Source: an uncultured Gemmatimonadales bacterium
GTDB lineage: Bacteria; Gemmatimonadota; Gemmatimonadetes; Longimicrobiales; RSA9
DNA length: 64,000 bases
Direction: 5' to 3'
NCBI GenBank assembly: GCA_963708135.1
Contig: OY970192.1
Span: forward strand, 3,264,001 to 3,328,000
This document shows positions 57,343 to 64,000 of this stretch, in pieces; position 1 is the first letter of the stretch, and the number at the start of each line of letters is the position of its first letter. The notes beneath the pieces are model-generated. The model ran no database searches, was not told the DNA's origin, and was given only the letters and a program-made list of their open reading frames with translations. The translations under genes and the position numbers were made by a program.

Positions 57343-58167
57343 ATGACCAGACTCGTGCTGTCCCCGGCCGTCGCCGTGGCGCTCCTGGCGTGCGCCGGCC
57401 TCGCGGCGGCGCAGGAGCGGATCGTCAGCGGGAGGATCGTCGTCCAGGGGACGGATGCGCCGCTCGGAAATGCGGGCGTCCACGTCGTCGGGCGGGACGT
57501 GGGCGTGTGCACGACGCAGAACGGCGAGTTCGCGCTGGCGGCACCCGCCGGGGCCACGGAGCTCGAGTTGAGCGTGCCGGGGTGGACGGGGCGCGTGTGG
57601 CTCGCGCCGTCGCAGAGCGACGTGACGCTGAAGATCGACTCGCGGGTGGTGGCCACGCTCCCCGAGCTGGTCGTGACGGCGCAGGCGGCGCCGCCGATCG
57701 AGCGCTCCGAGGGCAACGCCGTCGCGCGGATCGAGGTGGCACGGCTGCGCCGGCCGCCCGCCGGCTCGATCGAGACCATGCTGGCGGGGCTCGTGCCGGG
57801 GCTCCGCGTCACGCGGCCGAACGTGGCGGGGCGTGGCTCGCAGATCCAGATCCGCGGCGTCAACAGCATCACCGGGAGCACCTCGCCCGTCTTCGTGATC
57901 GACGGCGTGATGATCGCCGAGCCGCCGACGACCGGAGCGGCAGACGCGCGCTTCGGCTCGCCGGCGCAGGAGCTGGCGGACCGCATCGCGGAGATCGACC
58001 CGAACGACGTCGAGAGCATCCGCGTGCTGCGCGGCGCCTCGGCGGCCGCCCGCTACGGCCCGCAGGCGGCCAACGGCGTCATCCTGATCACGACCAGGCG
58101 CGGGCTGGCGCTGCCCGAGCAGGTGCGCGCCGACCCGCTTCCCGTCTGCCCTCCGGCTCATCGCTGA
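57343..58167 (+). CDS. SusC-like N-terminal plus TonB plug domain protein without a beta-barrel
   Basis: Signal peptide; IQIRGVNSI...PVFVIDGV; IDPNDVESIRVLRGASAAARYG..AANGVILITT; stop 22 codons later. Confidence 0.85.
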   Translation: MTRLVLSPAVAVALLACAGLAAAQERIVSGRIVVQGTDAPLGNAGVHVVGRDVGVCTTQNGEFALAAPAGATELELSVPGWTGRVWLAPSQSDVTLKIDSRVVATLPELVVTAQAAPPIERSEGNAVARIEVARLRRPPAGSIETMLAGLVPGLRVTRPNVAGRGSQIQIRGVNSITGSTSPVFVIDGVMIAEPPTTGAADARFGSPAQELADRIAEIDPNDVESIRVLRGASAAARYGPQAANGVILITTRRGLALPEQVRADPLPVCPPAHR

Positions 58168-58201
58168 GCCACCGATCCCGAGACCCCGACCCGGAGGAAC
58201 G

Positions 58202-60466
58202 ATGAAGCAATTCCGGCCGCATGCGGCGGTGCCGCGCCCGACCTTCCCCTCGATCCTGGCGCTCGGCGCCGCGTGCGTCCTGGCCGCCCCTCCCCGGGCC
58301 GCCGCGCAGCAGCCGATCCGCGGCTTCCCCACCGATGCCCTGGCCACGGAGGCGCAGCACGAGCAGCTCGCGCGCTCCATCCCCTCGCCCGACACGCTGA
58401 AGGACCAGCTGCGGATCCTGAGCGAGGACCCGCACGAGGCGGGCACCGAGCGCTCGAAGCACGTGGCCGAGCTGATCCTGGCGCGCCTGAAGTCCTACGG
58501 CCTGGACGCCCACATCGAGGAGCTCGAGGCGCTCATGCCGCGCCCGACCTCGCGCACGCTCGAGCTGATCGCGCCGGAGAAGTACACGGCCGTGCTCAAG
58601 GAGCCGGCGATCCCGGAGGACAAGGACTCGAACGACGCCAACCAGCTGCCCACGGCGAACTTCTACTCGCCCGACGGCGATGTGACCGGCGAGCTGGTCT
58701 TCGTCAACTACGGCGTGCCCGCGGATTACACGACGCTGGACTCGCTGGGCGTGAGCGTGAAGGGGAAGATCGTCATCGCGAAGTACGGCGGCTCGTGGCG
58801 CGGCATCAAGCCCAAGGTCGCGGCCGAGCACGGCGCCATCGGCTGCATCATCTATTCGGACCCGAAGGACGATGGCTACTGGGTGGACGACATCTACCCG
58901 AAGGGGCCGATGCGTCCCTGGCAGGGCGTGCAGCGCGGCAGCGTGATGGACATGCCCACCTACCCGGGCGACCCGCTCTCCCCCGGCTTCGCCTCCGAGC
59001 CCGGCATGCAGCCCGGCCAGGGCAGGATGCTCCAGATCTCGCAGGCGACGACGATCGAGAAGATCCCCGTGCTCCCGATCTCCTACGGCGACGCGCTGCC
59101 CCTCCTGAAAAACCTCGGCGGCCCGGTCGCGCCGGAATCGTGGCGCGGCGCGCTGCCGATCACCTACCACATCGGCGCCGGCCCCGCCAAGGTCCACCTG
59201 GCGCTCGCGTTCGACTGGCACGAGCGCCCGCTCTACGACGTCATCGCCCGCATCCCCGGCCGCGTTGCGCCCGACCAGTGGGTGGTCTACGGCAACCACC
59301 ACGACGCCTGGGTGAACGGGGCCGAGGACCCGCTCTCGGGGCAGGTCGCCCTCGACGAGACGGGCCGCGCGCTGGGCAGGCTCCTGAAGACCGGCTGGCG
59401 GCCCGAGCGCACCATCATCCTGGCCGCCTGGGACGGCGAAGAGTGGGGGCTGCTCGGCTCCACGGAGTGGGCCGAGAAGCACGCGCAGGAGCTCAGGGAC
59501 CACGCCGTGGTCTACTTCAACAGCGACACCAACTCGCGCGGCTGGCTCGGCGCCGCGGGCTCGCACTCGCTCGAGACCTTCGTGCGCCAGGTCGCCCGCG
59601 ACGTGAAGGATCCGAAGACCGGGAAGAGCGTGCTGGATGCCGCCATCGACCGCCGGCTCGAGCGCCGCGACCGCGGCCGCCGGGGCGAGGCCGCCGCGCA
59701 CGACACCGCCGCCACCCCCGTGGTCAACCGCGACACCATGTTCGCCGTCGGCGCGCTCGGCTCCGGCTCCGACTACACCGTCTTCATCGACCACCTCGGC
59801 ATCCCGTCGCTGAACATGGCCTACGGCGGCGGCGAGCACGCCGGGATCTACCACTCCATCTACGACAGCTACGACTTCTACACCCGCTTCCTCGACCCGA
59901 CCTTCGGCTACGAGACGGCCGAGGCCCGGACCATGGCGACGGCGCTGCTGCGGATGGCCGACGCACCCGTGCTCCCCTTCGACTTCACCCGCGCGGCGCA
60001 CTACTACCGGGGGTACGCCGACCAGATCGCGAAGGAGGCGAGGCGGGAGCCGAAGACGGCCGGCCTGGACCTCTCGGCCGTCCGCTCGGCGCTCGACCAC
60101 CTCGACCGCGCCGCCAGCGCCTACGAGGCGACGATGGCCCGCCTCGGCGGCGTCTCCTCGAAGACCCTCGCCTCCCGGGCGAAGCAGCTCGCCGCCGTGA
60201 ACCTCACCCTCGGCCAGGCCGAGCAGCGCCTCAGCGATGACGCCGGCCTGCCGAAGCGGCCCTGGTTCGAGCACCTCATCTACGCGCCCGGCTATTACAC
60301 GGGCTACGGCGTCAAGACGATGCCCGGCATCCGCGAGGCCGTCGAGGACGTGCCCGACCAGGCCGTCGCCCAGGCGCAGGCCGCGCGCGTCGCGAAGGCG
60401 CTCGATGCCTACGCCGCGCAGATCGAGGCGGCCAACGCCGGCCTGGAGAAGGTGCTCGGAGGCTAG
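58202..60466 (+). CDS. M28 glutamate carboxypeptidase II-like peptidase (PA and TfR-dimerisation domains)
   Basis: VFVNYG, IIYSDP, PGDPLSPG, GNHHDAW, WDGEEWGLLGSTEW, GSGSDY, YHSIYD, HLIYAP. Confidence 0.93.
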   Translation: MKQFRPHAAVPRPTFPSILALGAACVLAAPPRAAAQQPIRGFPTDALATEAQHEQLARSIPSPDTLKDQLRILSEDPHEAGTERSKHVAELILARLKSYGLDAHIEELEALMPRPTSRTLELIAPEKYTAVLKEPAIPEDKDSNDANQLPTANFYSPDGDVTGELVFVNYGVPADYTTLDSLGVSVKGKIVIAKYGGSWRGIKPKVAAEHGAIGCIIYSDPKDDGYWVDDIYPKGPMRPWQGVQRGSVMDMPTYPGDPLSPGFASEPGMQPGQGRMLQISQATTIEKIPVLPISYGDALPLLKNLGGPVAPESWRGALPITYHIGAGPAKVHLALAFDWHERPLYDVIARIPGRVAPDQWVVYGNHHDAWVNGAEDPLSGQVALDETGRALGRLLKTGWRPERTIILAAWDGEEWGLLGSTEWAEKHAQELRDHAVVYFNSDTNSRGWLGAAGSHSLETFVRQVARDVKDPKTGKSVLDAAIDRRLERRDRGRRGEAAAHDTAATPVVNRDTMFAVGALGSGSDYTVFIDHLGIPSLNMAYGGGEHAGIYHSIYDSYDFYTRFLDPTFGYETAEARTMATALLRMADAPVLPFDFTRAAHYYRGYADQIAKEARREPKTAGLDLSAVRSALDHLDRAASAYEATMARLGGVSSKTLASRAKQLAAVNLTLGQAEQRLSDDAGLPKRPWFEHLIYAPGYYTGYGVKTMPGIREAVEDVPDQAVAQAQAARVAKALDAYAAQIEAANAGLEKVLGG

Positions 60467-60474
60467 CGCCGGCC

Positions 60475-62151
60475 ATGCACGGCCCGATCGGCGGCGCGGA
60501 GGCGAGAAAGGAGCCGAAGCGCCGCGGCGTGCACGCCGCGGCGCTTCGGCTCCTCCATCTGCGCCCCTCCGAGCGGCCGGCCGTGGTCAAGCGCATGTTC
60601 CTCGAGGACCGGCGCGACACGGTGGGCTTCTGGCTGCTCACCCTCGTCTCCACGGGAATCGCCACGCTCGGCCTCGCCCTCGGCAGCACGGCCGTGGTCA
60701 TCGGCGCCATGCTCATCGCGCCCGTGATGGGCCCCATCGTCGAGCTCGGGATGGCGCTCGTCGTGGGCTCCCCCGCTCTCACCGTCCGCTCCCTCTTCCG
60801 CGTGCTCGGCAGCTTCGTCGCCGTGGCCGGCGGCGCCGCGCTCCTCACGCTGGTGCTCCCGTTCCACCAGGTCACGGCCGAGATCGCAGCGCGCACCGCG
60901 CCCACGACGCTCGACCTGCTCATTGCCATTCTCGTCGCCGTCGCGGCCGCCTTCACCACCGTGCGCGGCAGCTCCGCCACCGCCAGCGCCGCGGCCGGCA
61001 CCGCCATCGGCATCGCGCTCGTGCCGCCGCTCTGCACCCTCGGCTTCGGCCTTGGCGTGCGCGACGCCTCCATCGCCAGCGGCGCCGCGCTCCTCTTCCT
61101 CACCGACTTCACCGCCATCCTCTTCGTCTCCGCCGCCTCGTTCTGGCTGCTCGGCTTCGAGACCATCGATGCGACGGAATGGGAGGACGCGGCGCTCGCC
61201 GAGGAGCGGCCGGGTGGGCCGATGCACCGCGCCATGGCCCGGGTGCGCACCATCTTCGCGTCGCGCTACGGCCGACTCCTGCGCATCTCGCTCCCGATCG
61301 TCCTCGTCGCCGCCCTCCTCTACCCGCTGGGGGCCGCCCTCGCGGAGGTGGCGTGGGAGGTCCGCTCGCGCGCCGCCATCACCAGCCTCATCGCCGAGGC
61401 CACCGGCCGCCACCCCGCCGTGCAGACCACCGTGGCCGTGAAGTCGCACCGCGTGACCGTGGACGTCTACGTCGTCGCCGCGCCCGGCCAGGCGCAGGCC
61501 ATGGAGGATTGGCTGGGGAGCCGGATCGCCGCGGCCACCCACGTCGTCCCCACCGTTACCGTGATGGCGGTGGCGGACGTGGACGCCCTGCGCGGCGCGG
61601 TCCAGGCCGCGGTCCCCGCGGCGGCGGGCGCGGCCGGCGCGGCGCCACTGGCCGAGCTGCGCCGGCGAGTGGATGGCGCGCTCCGCCAGCAGTGGCCCGT
61701 CCGCTCGCTCGGACGCGTGCAGGCGTGGACGCTCTCGGTGGATTCGGGGATGGTGCGGGTAGACGTCGCCTACTGGGGCCGAGCCGCGGATTCCGCCGCC
61801 GCCGAGGTGCTCGGCCGCGGCCTCTCCGCCCGCACCGGCGACAGCGTGGCGGTGGGGCTCCGCTCGCTCGACTCGACCGCCATCAGCGCCCCCTTCGGCT
61901 CGGGCGTGGACTGGCTGCCGGCGCTCGCCGGCGCCGCGGCGGTCGTGGCCGCCGTGCCCGGCACGGCGGCATGCGTCGGGCTGCCCGCCCGCGACACCGC
62001 CGGCCCGCTGCACCGCGCCGCGGGCACCATCCTGGCCTCCGCCCCGCCCACGCGCGTCACGGTCGCGACCGACACCGCCTGGACCGTCCGGCTGCTGCCC
62101 CACCCCTGCATCCCGCCGCCCTCCGACACCACCCAGGCCCCACCTCCGTAG
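60475..62151 (+). CDS. DUF389 family membrane protein
   Basis: STAVVIGAMLIAPVMGPI, EIAART.PT.LDL, GTAIGIALVPPL. Confidence 0.88.
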   Translation: MHGPIGGAEARKEPKRRGVHAAALRLLHLRPSERPAVVKRMFLEDRRDTVGFWLLTLVSTGIATLGLALGSTAVVIGAMLIAPVMGPIVELGMALVVGSPALTVRSLFRVLGSFVAVAGGAALLTLVLPFHQVTAEIAARTAPTTLDLLIAILVAVAAAFTTVRGSSATASAAAGTAIGIALVPPLCTLGFGLGVRDASIASGAALLFLTDFTAILFVSAASFWLLGFETIDATEWEDAALAEERPGGPMHRAMARVRTIFASRYGRLLRISLPIVLVAALLYPLGAALAEVAWEVRSRAAITSLIAEATGRHPAVQTTVAVKSHRVTVDVYVVAAPGQAQAMEDWLGSRIAAATHVVPTVTVMAVADVDALRGAVQAAVPAAAGAAGAAPLAELRRRVDGALRQQWPVRSLGRVQAWTLSVDSGMVRVDVAYWGRAADSAAAEVLGRGLSARTGDSVAVGLRSLDSTAISAPFGSGVDWLPALAGAAAVVAAVPGTAACVGLPARDTAGPLHRAAGTILASAPPTRVTVATDTAWTVRLLPHPCIPPPSDTTQAPPP

Positions 62152-62187
62152 CCCCAGTGCGGGCCCGGGCCCGAGCGCCGAGCCCCC

Positions 62188-63222
62188 TCACGGCATCACC
62201 GTCGCCGCCAGCACCTCGTACGCCAGCATCGCGAACAGCGCGGCGGCGGGAATGGTCAGGATCCACGCCCAGACGATCCGCCCGGCAATGCCCCAGCGCA
62301 CGGCGGAGAGCCGGTTGGTGGCGCCCACGCCCACGATGGCGCCGGAGATGGTGTGGGTGGTGCTCACGGGGATGCCGAACACGGTGGCGAGCAGGATGCT
62401 CAGCGCGCCGCCGGTCTCGGCGCAGAAGCCGCCCACGGGGCGGAGCCTGGTGATGCGCGTGCCCATCGTGTGGATGATGCGCCAGCCGCCGAAGAGCGTG
62501 CCGAGCGAGATGGCGGTGTAGGCCATCACCTCGACCCAGAACGGGATGACGGCCGGATCCGGGTTGTAGAGCCGGGCGAGCGGCCCGGTCTGGTGGGCGA
62601 AGAACGTGCTGCTCGCGGCGAGCAGCCCGGCCACGACGCCCATGGTCTTCTGCGCGTCGTTGGCGCCGTGGGAGAACGAGAACAGCGCGGAGCTGGCCAG
62701 CTGCCCGTGGCGGAAGATGCGGTCCACGCCGCGCGGCGAGAAGCCGCGGAAGGTCCAGAACGTCCCCACCATCAGCGCGAAGCCGAGGACCATCCCGATG
62801 ACCGGCGAGAGCACGATGAAGAGCAGCGTCTTCGTCCAGCCGGCGGGGATGATCGCGCCGAAGCCGGCCTTCACGATGGCGGCGCCCGCGTAGCCGCCGA
62901 TCAGCGCGTGCGAGGAGCTCGACGGCAGGCCGAAGAACCAGGTGATGAGGTTCCAGATGATCGCGCCGATCAGCGCCGCCAGCACCACGCTCGGCGTCAC
63001 GATGCTGACGTCGATCATGCCGGAGCCGACCGTCCTGGCCACGGCGGTGCCGACCGTGAACGCCGCCGCGAAGTTGAACATCGCCGCCCAGCCGACGGCG
63101 GCGAGCGGGGACAGCACGCGCGTGCCGACCACCGTCGCGATCGAGTTGGCGGAGTCGTGGAAGCCGTTGATGAAGTCGAAGACGAACGCGACGGCGACGA
63201 TGACCAGGACGTAGGTGACCAC
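62188..63222 (-). CDS. Inorganic phosphate transporter, PiT family
   Basis: NGFHDSANSIAT, PSSSSHALIG, HGANDAQK, PVSTTH. Confidence 0.95.
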   Translation of the reverse strand: MVTYVLVIVAVAFVFDFINGFHDSANSIATVVGTRVLSPLAAVGWAAMFNFAAAFTVGTAVARTVGSGMIDVSIVTPSVVLAALIGAIIWNLITWFFGLPSSSSHALIGGYAGAAIVKAGFGAIIPAGWTKTLLFIVLSPVIGMVLGFALMVGTFWTFRGFSPRGVDRIFRHGQLASSALFSFSHGANDAQKTMGVVAGLLAASSTFFAHQTGPLARLYNPDPAVIPFWVEVMAYTAISLGTLFGGWRIIHTMGTRITRLRPVGGFCAETGGALSILLATVFGIPVSTTHTISGAIVGVGATNRLSAVRWGIAGRIVWAWILTIPAAALFAMLAYEVLAATVMP

Positions 63223-63225
63223 GGC

Positions 63226-63837
63226 TCAGCTGTGCTTCAGCGCGATGCTCTCGAGCATGTTCGACACGTCCTCGCAGGCGTCGAGCGCGTCCTCCAGCTT
63301 GTCCAGCATCTCCTTCCACTTCATGACCTCGAGCGGGTCCGGCGAGCCCTCGAACAGCGCGGCGACGGCGTCCTGGTAGACCGTGTCGCCCTTCTCCTCC
63401 AGCCGCTTCACGCGACGGTTCTGCTCCACCACGATGCGCGGCTTGCGGATGTCGGCGACCGCCACCCCGATGCAGGCGGCCGCCTCCACCAGGATCTCCG
63501 TGATCTTCCCCGCCGCCGGCTTCGTCTCCGTGATCCGGAACATCGCGGCGCGCCGGGCGGCGCCGTCCAGCAGGTCGATCACGTTGTCCAGCCGCGAGGC
63601 GAGCAGGTGGATGTCCTCCCGGTCCAGCGGCGTGACGAACGTCTTGTTCAGGCGGGTGATGATCTCGTACGTCACCGTGTCCGCCTCGTGCTCGACCTCC
63701 TTGATCCGGGCCACGTGCTCCGCGAGCCGCGCGGGATCCTTGAACAGCTGGTCCAGCAGCGCGGCGGAGGAGGTCAGGCGCGCGGACAGCTCCGCGAACA
63801 TCGCGAAGAAGTGCTCGTCCCTCGGGAGCAGTCGCAT
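63226..63837 (-). CDS. DUF47 / PhoU-like phosphate transport regulator
   Basis: IKEVEHEAD, TFVTPLDREDI, LEEKGD, KWKE...LE...D.CED; lies directly upstream of the PiT gene. Confidence 0.92.
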   Translation of the reverse strand: MRLLPRDEHFFAMFAELSARLTSSAALLDQLFKDPARLAEHVARIKEVEHEADTVTYEIITRLNKTFVTPLDREDIHLLASRLDNVIDLLDGAARRAAMFRITETKPAAGKITEILVEAAACIGVAVADIRKPRIVVEQNRRVKRLEEKGDTVYQDAVAALFEGSPDPLEVMKWKEMLDKLEDALDACEDVSNMLESIALKHS

Positions 63838-63843
63838 GGGCGG

Positions 63844-64000
63844 TTATCGCTCGCTGGAAGTGGACGCCCGCTTGAACTCGGCCCCGGCCCTCCACGTGGG
63901 CATTCCGGGCGCGTCCGCCACGGTGTCCGCGAGCCGCAGCACGAGGCGCGAGAGCTGCACGGCGCCGGACAGGTCGAAGTCCGGGCGGTACTCGTCCGAC
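63844..64000 (-). CDS. C-terminus of a probable M28 family peptidase (partial)
   Basis: Manual translation SDEYRPDFDLSGAVQLSRLVLRLADTVADAPGMPTWRAGAEFKRASTSSER*; resembles M28 C-termini. Confidence 0.6.
   Translation of the reverse strand, partial: SDEYRPDFDLSGAVQLSRLVLRLADTVADAPGMPTWRAGAEFKRASTSSER

Overview
A very GC-rich bacterial chromosomal segment. Its gene content and protein style suggest Gemmatimonadota, which is an inference only. It holds about 54 mostly housekeeping, signalling and proteolysis genes: a LacI regulator with a perfect palindromic operator upstream of a TonB-dependent receptor; a hybrid histidine kinase, response regulator and degenerate cyclase cluster; a metH - four-helix-bundle - yitJ(HMT/MTHFR) operon; pepP; a D-aminoacylase; thrC; two ECF sigma/anti-sigma sets; holA; four tandem M16 peptidases; apgM; an L,D-transpeptidase/RR/Ser-Thr kinase/deacetylase cluster; uppP; M28 peptidases; and a PiT/DUF47 pair. 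I saw no rRNA, tRNA, cas gene or transposase. Two signals stand out. (1) The metH leader has a sigma70 promoter, two hairpins, an 8-bp pseudoknot and an intrinsic terminator with a mutually exclusive antiterminator. This is a riboswitch-like switch that I cannot match to a known class. (2) Several families of phased 6-9-nt tandem repeats occur as inverted pairs. One pair brackets a four-helix-bundle (IVS/Avd-like) gene, and a copy of the same repeat is inserted in frame inside metH. Gene starts were re-picked by eye from RBS and overlap evidence, so they differ from the ORF track in many cases.
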